Assembly: GCA_028825265.1 (NCBI GenBank)
Contig: JAPKAM010000001.1
Coordinates: 386 to 64,385, forward strand
DNA length: 64,000 bases
Reading direction: 5' to 3'
From: Planctomycetota bacterium
GTDB lineage: Bacteria; Planctomycetota; UBA8108; UBA1146
Positions 37,946-46,349 of this stretch are shown here, piece by piece. Both the position numbers and the translations under genes were made by a program. Below the pieces are notes generated by a model. The model saw only the letters and a program-made list of their open reading frames with translations. It did not search any database and was not told the DNA's origin. Each line of letters begins with the position of its first letter. Position 1 is the first letter of the stretch.

Positions 37946-38908
37946 ATGGCGAAGATCGGAACTCTGATCCGCACCCTTCGCGAGGAGAAGGGGATCGCGG
38001 CCAAAGACCTGGCCGAACAGATCGGGCTCTCCGCATCCCAGATGAGCCGACTCGAAAGTGGCCAGCGCCGCGTCAATAGCGAGGTTCTGGCTCGGATCGC
38101 CAGGGCGCTACAGGTGACCCCTTCCGAGTTCTTCGAGGAAGGAGCGATCGCTCCCGTTCGCCCCCTCTCCAATTCATCGGCGACCCCCCTGCGAGAGGCG
38201 ATCGGCAAGGTGATCCGTTCCGCCCGTCGCCAGAAGCACTGGACCGTCGAGGACCTGGCACGAAAGACCTTCACCTCCCGGGCCTTTTGCCTATCGGTCG
38301 AGGAGGGACGAAGAAGCGGGATCGAGAACGACTTCATCAAGAAGGCCTGCCGCCTGCTCGGCTTCACGGCCATCGATCTGCTGGCCGCTGCTGAAGAGAA
38401 ATTGGACGTCACCGAACCGGAATCGATGCCCGTCGCCCATCGCACCTCCAGCGAAGGCCACGGGACCCCACTGCTGGTGGCAGAGATGAGCGCATACCCG
38501 GAAGAACTGGATGAAGAGGGAAAGCCGGCGGGAGTGGTCGAGCAGTGGCTGCAACTTCCCGGAATCCATCCGGATCGGACCTTCGCAGTTCGAGTCGACG
38601 GGGATGCGATGACCGGTCCTGGAGAGAACTGCTTTCGAAGAGGCGATGTGATCGTGCTAGGCCTCGACGAGGAGGTGACCAGCGGCTCCTATGCGTTGGT
38701 GAGAACATTGTGGAAAACTGAACAAGAGCCGCATGAAACCTCCCGGACCCTGTTCTGTCGCTACTTCGATGACGATGCGGAAGCGATCCGTTTACAGTTC
38801 TTGCGCTCCGAGTTTCCCCCCTACATACTTCCCACCGCAGAGGTGGAACGCGCCTGGAAGGTGCTCTTACACCTCCGAGATCCTGCTGGCGCTGGGTTTC
38901 GTCCCTGA
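37946..38908 (+). CDS. Transcriptional regulator with two XRE-type HTH domains and a C-terminal S24 (LexA-like) peptidase-fold domain
   Basis: HTH1 IRTLREEKGIAAKDLAEQIGLSASQMSRLESGQRRV. HTH2 IRSARRQKHWTVEDLARKT. C-terminal VRVDGDAMTGPG...GDVIVL resembles the S24 GDSM region but with Ala in place of Ser. Start taken at ATG 37946. Confidence 0.7.
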   Translation: MAKIGTLIRTLREEKGIAAKDLAEQIGLSASQMSRLESGQRRVNSEVLARIARALQVTPSEFFEEGAIAPVRPLSNSSATPLREAIGKVIRSARRQKHWTVEDLARKTFTSRAFCLSVEEGRRSGIENDFIKKACRLLGFTAIDLLAAAEEKLDVTEPESMPVAHRTSSEGHGTPLLVAEMSAYPEELDEEGKPAGVVEQWLQLPGIHPDRTFAVRVDGDAMTGPGENCFRRGDVIVLGLDEEVTSGSYALVRTLWKTEQEPHETSRTLFCRYFDDDAEAIRLQFLRSEFPPYILPTAEVERAWKVLLHLRDPAGAGFRP

Positions 38909-39027
38909 ACCTGCCCGCTCAAGATCGCAGTACCAAAGAAGTTACAACAGTTTTGGCTTTTTTTGAGTGCACCGGGAACAGATCCAGTGCCTGGGCCGTT
39001 AATTCAGCAGACACACCTCCTCACGGG

Positions 39028-39062
39028 TCGGAGGGAATTCGTTCCCTCCGGCTCTATTTCAA
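39028..39062 (+). terminator. Candidate rho-independent terminator or sRNA 3' hairpin
   Basis: Perfect 8-bp inverted repeat GGAGGGAA-TTCG-TTCCCTCC flanked by G·C pairs, followed by GGCTCTATTTC. ~120 nt after the regulator stop. Confidence 0.4.
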
Positions 39063-39081
39063 TTCCAGAGCGTCTCGTATA

Positions 39082-39130
39082 TCTATCCGCTTCATATTTC
39101 TATCCGCTTCATATTTCTTTACGCTTCAAC
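39082..39130. repeat. 18-bp direct repeat, ~2.7 copies (TCTATCCGCTTCATATTT)
   Basis: TCTATCCGCTTCATATTT CTATCCGCTTCATATTT CTTTACGCTTCAA, directly visible in a 475-bp convergent intergenic region. Confidence 0.8.
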
Positions 39131-39383
39131 AGATTCAATTCCACCGAGTTCAATCTTTGTGGGTGGAGGCGATCTTCTCCGCACTCTGGCACTTCCCTCC
39201 CCAGGAAACCAAGACAAAACCGGTGACCACCGAATCCTTGTGCAACTCCGCTTCCTTGCACAATTTTCTTGCACAACTCCTCGATGCACAAGTGCGGACG
39301 CGGGTCTTCCGGATGTGGAATTAGAATCGGCGGAGGCACGGTGATAAAAACCGAACCTCCGCCGAAGAAGAGAGGGCAAGTGC

Positions 39384-40088
39384 TCAGCGGATGTCGTGAA
39401 TCCGCAGATCGGGCTGCAACGCCTGCAAGGTTTTCATCACTTCCTTGTAGCGCTGCTGGCCTCCGATTCGAATGTAACGCTCGAAGCTAAGAATCGCTTC
39501 CTTGCGATCCTTGTGCATCATTTGCACCCGACCAATCCAGTAATGAGGTTCCGGGAAGGTCGGATCCGCTTCGAGGGCGTTCTTGAAGCAAGTGAAGGCC
39601 TTATCACTGCGCTCCATCTGCATGTAAAGCAGACCCAGTTGCATCGAGGGTCCAGAGTATTCTGTTCCGCTTGAAGTGGCCTCGATGACCGCCAGGTAGG
39701 CCTTTTCAGCAGCAGAGTAGCTGCCGATGCCCTCAAAAACCTGCGCTTCAAGGTAGTTGTAGCGTGGATTATCGGGATCCAGTTTCTTGGCGCGGGCCAG
39801 CGCCTTCAGCGACATCTTGTGGTCATTTTTTTCCCAGTGCAGGCGAGCCAGTTTCTCCTGGTATCTCGCTTCCTTGGGAAAGTCCTTCGCCAGTTCAGTG
39901 TATTTCGCCAGTTTCACATCGATGATGGTGGAACGATTTTCCTCGTCCTCGATGATCACTTGCTGGGAGATGGGGCGAATCGTCTGGGTGGTACAACCCG
40001 AGACCAGAAAAAGAATGGGCAATGTGAGAATAGCCCCGAAGATACGATGGTTCATGTTTTCAAATCCTCTCGACGAAGCGGCTCCCAC
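39384..40088 (-). CDS. TPR-repeat lipoprotein
   Basis: Signal + lipobox ...LPILFLVSGCTTQ. TPR-like helices (YQEKLARLHWEKNDHKMSLKALARAKKLDPDNP..., AEKAYLAVIEAT..., KAFTCFKNALEADPTFPEPHYWIGRV). Confidence 0.75.
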   Translation of the reverse strand: MGAASSRGFENMNHRIFGAILTLPILFLVSGCTTQTIRPISQQVIIEDEENRSTIIDVKLAKYTELAKDFPKEARYQEKLARLHWEKNDHKMSLKALARAKKLDPDNPRYNYLEAQVFEGIGSYSAAEKAYLAVIEATSSGTEYSGPSMQLGLLYMQMERSDKAFTCFKNALEADPTFPEPHYWIGRVQMMHKDRKEAILSFERYIRIGGQQRYKEVMKTLQALQPDLRIHDIR

Positions 40089-40319
40089 AGGGGTGACCTC
40101 TCTCCGTGAGGAATTGATCGGATCTTCGGCAGTGACTCTTGAGGAAATTGCCTGAATTTAGCGATTTGATCGCATTCCTCGACGGTTCCGGGCGGTTCCG
40201 GAAAAAACCTCTGCTCTCCAGCCCCCCCTGGCGAGTCCTCCAGCCCACTCGTCAGGAGCCACCACGGCTCGAGTTCTAGCGAACCAGAAGAAATCACGCG
40301 AGCCCGCCGTTTCGACCGA

Positions 40320-41630
40320 TCAGAATCGATCAAAGGGGGCCGGGTAACGGACCTCTCCCTGCCACCCCTTCAATCCTCCCGCGCTCAACTCGAGCACCTG
40401 GAAATTTGTCCCCGAATTTGGCCACTGACAATGAAGTTGCCTCTGCTGCGCCAACCGCCAACCAAAACGGCAGTAATACCCTGCATCTCCCAGGACAAAA
40501 GCCGCACCGATCCCCTGCTGCCGGCATCGATCGAGTCCGTCCCGGATCAAGGCACTACCGCATCCTTGTCGCTGCTGGGATGGACGCACTGCGATCGGCC
40601 CCAGAGCCACCGCTGGCGGGCAGTTCGATTCAGCAGTGGAACGGGTGACCGGGATGAACAAGGCATGCCCGAGGATCGAACCCGCCCTGACCGCCACCAG
40701 CGACAGCACCCCCGGCTGCCCCCGCATCTGATCGATCAGTTGTGCTTCCTCCACGCCCTCAAAGGCGGCCTGCACCAGCGATCGCACCTCGGCGTGATCC
40801 GCCGCCACTTCCTGGCGAACGACCATCGAATCCCCTCCCAGCAACAGCGCCCGCTGGATGGTGTCCATCTCGAATCCCAGTCGCCGATACAACCCCAGTG
40901 CAGGTCCCTCCCCATCGGCCATCAGCAGCAGCGCGCGGCATCCTCCTCGGCCCAGTGCGTCCTGGCCCACCGTCGACACTAGGGCCGAGCAAACCCCGCG
41001 CCGCCGAAAATCAGGATGAGTCTCGACCGCCTGGTATCTTCCCAGTCGGTCGCAACAGGAGACCCATCCGCACTGCCCCACCAATTGTTCATCGAGGAAT
41101 GCCCCCCACCAGGTGGCCATTCCCGCCCGCACTCGCCGACGCCACGATTGACGGATTCGTTCCTTGAAGAGTTTGTACTGCGAGGAACCGCTGCTCTCGT
41201 TGGGATCACACTGCTGGCTAAGTTGCTCGAACCGATCGAACTCGACCTCGAAATCCAGGGGCCGGACCTCTACATCCAGATTCTCGGGATCGATCAGTTG
41301 GGTTGCGATCATCGCGGGCGCGGAATCCTCGATCATGCCGAGGGCGCTCGCTTGCGCCTGTGCCTGCGGCGTCAGTGCGACTCCGTCCCAGCGCAGGAGT
41401 ACATGCTCCACTTCGGAATCCGACTGGAACTGCTCGCGAAACCGATCGATCCAGGATTCCAGTTGCTGCGCCTCGGGCACTGCGGGTAACAGTAGGTAGT
41501 TGCCCCAATAATAGCCGGGGTTCTGTGGAGATCTGACCTGGATCCACGACTCCAGTGATTCCACCACACCATCGACGGCCGCCATCTCGAGGTCGGTCCG
41601 AGTCAGCAATGAGTATTCTGGTCGAGGCAA
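40320..41630 (-). CDS. GNAT-family N-acetyltransferase with two tandem acyl-CoA N-acyltransferase domains
   Basis: Two GNAT core regions: ...RRGVCSALVSTVGQDALGRGGCRALLLMADGEGPALGLYRRLGFE and ...RQGCGSALIRDGLDRCRQQGIGAAFVLGD. Confidence 0.6.
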   Translation of the reverse strand: MPRPEYSLLTRTDLEMAAVDGVVESLESWIQVRSPQNPGYYWGNYLLLPAVPEAQQLESWIDRFREQFQSDSEVEHVLLRWDGVALTPQAQAQASALGMIEDSAPAMIATQLIDPENLDVEVRPLDFEVEFDRFEQLSQQCDPNESSGSSQYKLFKERIRQSWRRRVRAGMATWWGAFLDEQLVGQCGWVSCCDRLGRYQAVETHPDFRRRGVCSALVSTVGQDALGRGGCRALLLMADGEGPALGLYRRLGFEMDTIQRALLLGGDSMVVRQEVAADHAEVRSLVQAAFEGVEEAQLIDQMRGQPGVLSLVAVRAGSILGHALFIPVTRSTAESNCPPAVALGPIAVRPSQQRQGCGSALIRDGLDRCRQQGIGAAFVLGDAGYYCRFGWRLAQQRQLHCQWPNSGTNFQVLELSAGGLKGWQGEVRYPAPFDRF

Positions 41631-41714
41631 CGGTTCTCCTTCTCGGTTCCAGCGAAGCCGCGTGCCTACTGCAAGGTGCCTACTGCAAGACGGTCAGGAT
41701 GCGACTCCCCCGTG

Positions 41715-43796
41715 TCAGAAAGCGACACGCTTGCGGAAGCGACTTTCATCGACGGTGATCTTCACGATTCGGCTACCCACCTCGATCTGATCGAGGAACT
41801 GCAACCCTTCCACCACCTGACCAAACACCGTGTAACGGCCATCGAGATGGGGAGTCGGGAGGTGAGTGATGAAGATCTGAGAACCACCGGTGTCATCCCC
41901 GGCCTTCGGCATGCCGATGGTGCCGCGTCGATAGGTTCGTGGGTGGATCTCGTCGATCAGGTGCCAGCCCTCATCTCCCCAGCCGTCACCGCGGGGTCCA
42001 CCGCCCTGGGCGACAAAGGACGCGACCACCCTGTGGAAGATTCGACCGTCATAAAATTTGCGCCTGACCCCGTCGATGAAGGCGCTGACATGGCGCGGTG
42101 CCGCTGCCAGATCGAGTTCGATCACCATCGTTCCCGACTCCAGTTGGAGAAACACTCGTGGTGGTCCTTCTCCGGTCAATTGGCGAGGGGTGATCCGCTC
42201 GGCGGGACAGCGCCCCGCGAGGGGAGGAGTCGGAATCTGCAGCAGCGTTGCGGCGGCACTCCTGACGGTCCGAAACGGATCATCGAGCGCCTGACGTGCC
42301 AGCAACTCGCCGACATTGGTCTCGCCGAGATGGCCGAGCAGTTGCACTCGCAACTCCCAGCTCTCGGCATCGAGAGATCTCGCCCACAACCTCTTCAGTT
42401 GCTGCTGCCAGTTTTTGATCTTCCGGCTGGCGGCCAGTTGGGCCGCGGGCATCTTCACCGACACATCGGCGTCACGCAGTGCCCTCAGAATCAAGGCTTC
42501 AACCGCAGGATCCTCGATCGATTGCAGCGCCGAGACTGCTGCCGCACGAACACGCCGATCGGGATCGATCAGGAACCCCTCGAGGGAAGGGATGCCCACC
42601 ACTCCCAGGCTCGCGATGGCCACCGCCGAAGCACTCCGGATCCAGGGTGAATCTTCACGACTGAACTCCGCCAGAATCTCTGCACAGCGAATCGGAGTCA
42701 CCAACCCCGCTTTCGCTGCAGCGGCGAGCGCGCCGACCGCTGCCGAGCGAACCGCTTCCGAGCGCTCCCGATCGAGCGATCCGATGATGAAGGGTAACTC
42801 GACTGAGGTCGCTCCGATGCCAAGACTCTCCACCACCACCGGAGCCACCAGCGGATGTTGCTCCTGGATCAGGTGACGCAACAATACATCTCTCACCTGA
42901 TCGGCTCGCTCCCACTCCAGTTCCCGCAACTTGCCGAAGGTACGCAACGCTTCGACCCGAGCGGTCCAGGGGCTGACCGGATCGAGGAGCAAGGCATCGA
43001 GCCCGTCCACAGACCGCGGGTCGAGCGGTTGTCGACAGCCCCACGCCGCATAGGTACGGACCAGTCCCGAGCGATGGGCCAGGGCCCGTCGCAGCGGTGC
43101 CGAGGTCTCGAGATGATCAATCTTCATCAGGGCATAGGCGTAGGGCCATGGATCGGCGGAGTGCTCCTCTTCGAGTCGGCGAGCTAGCACCGAGATCCCC
43201 GCCACTGAATCGGCTCCATAGCGCCACAACGCCAGGGCTGCCTCATGGCTGAGGGTTTCTTCCGTCTCGATTTCAAGGATCTCGATCAACCTCGAAACGG
43301 CGACCGGGGCTTTACTCGCTCGGTCATCATCGCTGAAGACGATCCTCCCCAGCGCCGTGATGGCCGCCTTGCGCACCGCGATCGGCCACGGTGGAGCACT
43401 CCATTGCACCAGCGAGTCGAGCGCCCGAGAGTCGCCCAACTGGCCCAGTGAGAATGCGATGGAAGCCATCACTTGGGGATCTTGTTCCCTTCGTCCCGCC
43501 TCGATCAATGCAGCAGCGCCCTCCTTGAACCTCGATCTTCCCGCCACCTCCGCAGCCTTCTGACGAACTGCAGGGGATGGTTTTCTCAGCATCCGTTCCA
43601 GGAACACCCGTTCGAGACTGCGCTCATCCTCGGCCTTGTCGAGCAACTCGATCGACAGCGTCTCGGCTGCCCCTCTGACCCGCTCTGCGCCAGACCAACT
43701 GTTCGCTCGATCGCTAGGCCCCTGACAGGAACTCAGCAGCCATGGCAACATCAGCAGGACAGCGAATAAAATCGAAGTGAACTTCATCTGAATCAT
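41715..43796 (-). CDS. Secreted HEAT-repeat protein fused to a C-terminal cyclophilin-type peptidyl-prolyl cis-trans isomerase
   Basis: N-terminal signal MIQMKFTSILFAVLLMLPWLLSSCQG. Many HEAT-like repeats (...VRQKAAEVAGR..., VRKAAITALGRI, VRAAAVSALQSI, VRSAAATLL). C-terminal cyclophilin: FHRVVASFVAQGGGPRGDGWGDEG...GTIGMPKAGDDTGGSQIFITHLPTPHLDGRYTVFGQVVEG. Confidence 0.8.
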   Translation of the reverse strand: MIQMKFTSILFAVLLMLPWLLSSCQGPSDRANSWSGAERVRGAAETLSIELLDKAEDERSLERVFLERMLRKPSPAVRQKAAEVAGRSRFKEGAAALIEAGRREQDPQVMASIAFSLGQLGDSRALDSLVQWSAPPWPIAVRKAAITALGRIVFSDDDRASKAPVAVSRLIEILEIETEETLSHEAALALWRYGADSVAGISVLARRLEEEHSADPWPYAYALMKIDHLETSAPLRRALAHRSGLVRTYAAWGCRQPLDPRSVDGLDALLLDPVSPWTARVEALRTFGKLRELEWERADQVRDVLLRHLIQEQHPLVAPVVVESLGIGATSVELPFIIGSLDRERSEAVRSAAVGALAAAAKAGLVTPIRCAEILAEFSREDSPWIRSASAVAIASLGVVGIPSLEGFLIDPDRRVRAAAVSALQSIEDPAVEALILRALRDADVSVKMPAAQLAASRKIKNWQQQLKRLWARSLDAESWELRVQLLGHLGETNVGELLARQALDDPFRTVRSAAATLLQIPTPPLAGRCPAERITPRQLTGEGPPRVFLQLESGTMVIELDLAAAPRHVSAFIDGVRRKFYDGRIFHRVVASFVAQGGGPRGDGWGDEGWHLIDEIHPRTYRRGTIGMPKAGDDTGGSQIFITHLPTPHLDGRYTVFGQVVEGLQFLDQIEVGSRIVKITVDESRFRKRVAF

Positions 43797-44209
43797 TCCT
43801 TCTTGTTAGTCTCGCCGTGACCCAGGAGCAACTTCTGAATCTCTTCCTTCGAGTAGACCACTCCGGTTCCAGTTCCTGGACAATCCTCGACCACCTCCTG
43901 CCACTCGTCGACCGACGAGAGGTTCTGGTGCCAGAAAGGAAACGTCTTGCACTGTGGAGGGCGGACCGGATAGACGGTGCAGCCGTTATCCCAAAAGATG
44001 CACTCCAGATTTGGCTTCTCGATCAGGCTGCGCTGGCGACCCACGGTCCGGACATACTTCTTCTCGAACTCTGCCGGGGTGATGTCGAGAAACTCTGCCA
44101 TCTTGCGGATATCTTCACTTCGTACCCAGACATAGCCCTCAATCTTGCAGCATTTGCCACACTGAGTGCACTGGAAGGGCAAACCTTCATCCCACCACTT
44201 TCGTTCCAT
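43793..44209 (-). CDS. YkgJ/UPF0153 family Cys-rich (CxxCxxCC) zinc/iron-chelating domain protein
   Basis: FQCTQCGKCCKIEGYVWV...FWDNGCTVYPVRPPQCKTFPFW. Start taken at M (complement of 44207-44209) with GAAAGG RBS. Its stop overlaps the HEAT-cyclophilin start (ATGA). Confidence 0.65.
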   Translation of the reverse strand: MERKWWDEGLPFQCTQCGKCCKIEGYVWVRSEDIRKMAEFLDITPAEFEKKYVRTVGRQRSLIEKPNLECIFWDNGCTVYPVRPPQCKTFPFWHQNLSSVDEWQEVVEDCPGTGTGVVYSKEEIQKLLLGHGETNKKE

Positions 44210-44330
44210 GACACGACCTTTCTGCTGGAAACCGTAACCCGGAAGGCGGCAGGAGGGAATGGCGACGCTTCCTGTCAGTGCCCGTGGCGGTGCTGACGCA
44301 GGCTGGTTACGATCCGTTCGGAGGAAAACG

Positions 44331-44804
44331 ATGCCCCTAAAATCTGCGCTTCCGATGTTTCGACCGACGATTTTCCTGCTGCTCTGCTCGGCTCTCTTCA
44401 TCTTGCCTGGCTGCGTCGAACGATCCCTTTCGATCCGGACCGATCCGCCTGGGGCGCGGGTGTTTGTCGATGGAGTCGATGTCGGCGAAGCGCCAGTCTC
44501 CCTACCCTTCTCCCATTACGGAACCAGAGATGTCCTGGTCCGGATGGAAGAGGATGACCAGCGAGGAGTCCGATCACTCGCACCCCAACAGCGCCGGGTC
44601 CACCTCTCACCTCCCTGGTATCAAAGATTTCCCATCGACATCGTCTCCGAAGTGCTGTGGCCAGGAACCATTCAGATTGCCTACGATGAGTTGTTCGTGC
44701 TGGAGCCGCAGGACCTCGACGCATTGTCAGAGAGATTCCGGGCCACTGCCCGCGAACACGGTGTCATCGGTCCCCTCGACGATTCGGATCATGATCAGAG
44801 ATGA
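44331..44804 (+). CDS. PEGA-domain lipoprotein (putative)
   Basis: MPLKSALPMFRPTIFLLLCSALFILPGCVE (lipobox). Then SIRTDPPGARVFVDGVDVGEAPVSLPFSHYGTRDVLV, which matches a PEGA motif. Confidence 0.55.
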   Translation: MPLKSALPMFRPTIFLLLCSALFILPGCVERSLSIRTDPPGARVFVDGVDVGEAPVSLPFSHYGTRDVLVRMEEDDQRGVRSLAPQQRRVHLSPPWYQRFPIDIVSEVLWPGTIQIAYDELFVLEPQDLDALSERFRATAREHGVIGPLDDSDHDQR

Positions 44805-46263
44805 GCCTACTGTGAGCACGGAATTGGTGACTGACCTTCAATTTCAGCCGCCAGACCGGGAACCCCATCAACTCGAAGGGTTGCGGGTACTGGTACTGGG
44901 CCTCGGAAGGCATCGAGGCGGCACCGATCTGGTTCATTTCCTCCACAACCGAGGAGCCCAGGTTTCCATCTCGGATCCGGCTTCCCCAGATGAACTGGGT
45001 CCATCGCTCGATTCGATCAAGGGGATGGTTTCAGGTCCGTCTCGGATCGGAGAACCCCATCATCCGGGCGATCTCGATGAGTGCGACTGGGTGGTGGTGA
45101 ATCCTGCCATCCGACCGGGATCCCCGATCCTTGATGAGATCGCCGCAAGAAACATCTTGCCGGTCACCGAACTGGGTTTGGCTCTCTCCTGGTTACCCAG
45201 CAGCCAGATGGCTCTGGTGAGCGGAACTCACGGCAAGAGCACCACCTGCCAACTCGCCAGCCAGATGTTGACGGCATCGGGCATAAAAGCGGTGGCTGGC
45301 GGCAATCTGGGCGGCAGTTTGCTCTCAAAACTAGACGATGAAGACCTGGGACAGTTACGCCTGGTGGTCGAGATTTCTTCCTTTCAGGCGCAAAGACTAG
45401 CCAACTGCGGAGCCGGAGCGGCGGTGGTGGCCATCACCAATCTGAATGATGATCACCTCGATTGGCATGGCAGCCGCGAGGCGTACCACGAGGCCAAATT
45501 GAGTCTGCTCCGAACCTCTGGAGGGCGTGACTCCGTGGCGATTCTTCCCGACTGCGGCCCCCTCGCACAAGCAGAAACTGGCACCGAGCGGCAGGTGATT
45601 CGCTGTCGCAGCGATGGAACCGAGCCGCATTCTCGCAGAGTCGGAGATCAACTCGAGATCCGTACTCGAGATGGCGCGACGCTGACGGTCCGTTATGCAC
45701 CGACTGTTGCGCTGGAGGGTCCGACCGGGCTCGACAACGCTCTTCATTCCGCCACCGTTGCGGCGGCACTGGGGGCCACAGAGGAGGGCATCGCAAAGGC
45801 GATCGGTCTCTACGCAGGCCTTCCCCACCGCTATCAGCCTGTCGGTGAACACGACCGAGTTCAATTCATCGACGATTCCAAGGCGACCACTCTCGATGCC
45901 GTGGCATCGGCACTTGAACGCAGCGACGTCGCCGTCCACTGGCTCTGTGGTGGAAGGCCGAAGAGCGATCCGAAGTGCAATTCCCTGCAGGTCGACATGC
46001 TGTTGCAACCGCTGCAAGATCGGCAGTGCCAGATCTATTGCTTCGGTGAAGCGGCTTCACGGTGGCAACAGGCCCTCTCCTCGTTGGGGACTGCACCCAT
46101 CGAGTGTCACGAGAAGTTGGACGATGCCTTTGCCAGTGCTGTAGACCATGCCAGGCCTGGAGAAACTGTTCTTCTGAGCCCTGGCGGCACTTCCCTTGAT
46201 CACTTTCAGTCGGCAGAAGAGCGAGGAGAACATTTCCAGCGGTTGATTCAGCAGTTGAAGTGA
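44791..46263 (+). CDS. murD: UDP-N-acetylmuramoyl-L-alanine--D-glutamate ligase (MurD)
   Basis: Mur ligase motifs: VLVLGLGRHRGG, DWVVVNPAIRPGSPIL, VSGTHGKSTTCQLASQML, GGNLGGSLL, and the MurD-typical VVEISSFQ. Start at ATG 44791 or GTG 44812 (overlaps the PEGA stop by 14 nt if 44791). Confidence 0.8.
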   Translation: MIRDEPTVSTELVTDLQFQPPDREPHQLEGLRVLVLGLGRHRGGTDLVHFLHNRGAQVSISDPASPDELGPSLDSIKGMVSGPSRIGEPHHPGDLDECDWVVVNPAIRPGSPILDEIAARNILPVTELGLALSWLPSSQMALVSGTHGKSTTCQLASQMLTASGIKAVAGGNLGGSLLSKLDDEDLGQLRLVVEISSFQAQRLANCGAGAAVVAITNLNDDHLDWHGSREAYHEAKLSLLRTSGGRDSVAILPDCGPLAQAETGTERQVIRCRSDGTEPHSRRVGDQLEIRTRDGATLTVRYAPTVALEGPTGLDNALHSATVAAALGATEEGIAKAIGLYAGLPHRYQPVGEHDRVQFIDDSKATTLDAVASALERSDVAVHWLCGGRPKSDPKCNSLQVDMLLQPLQDRQCQIYCFGEAASRWQQALSSLGTAPIECHEKLDDAFASAVDHARPGETVLLSPGGTSLDHFQSAEERGEHFQRLIQQLK

Positions 46264-46349
46264 CTTACACAGCAGGGTGAGACTGTTGGCCGTCTCGGTC
46301 CGGTCTAATTTTTCTGAAATCTCTGGATCCCGGTACCTGCGATGTCACG

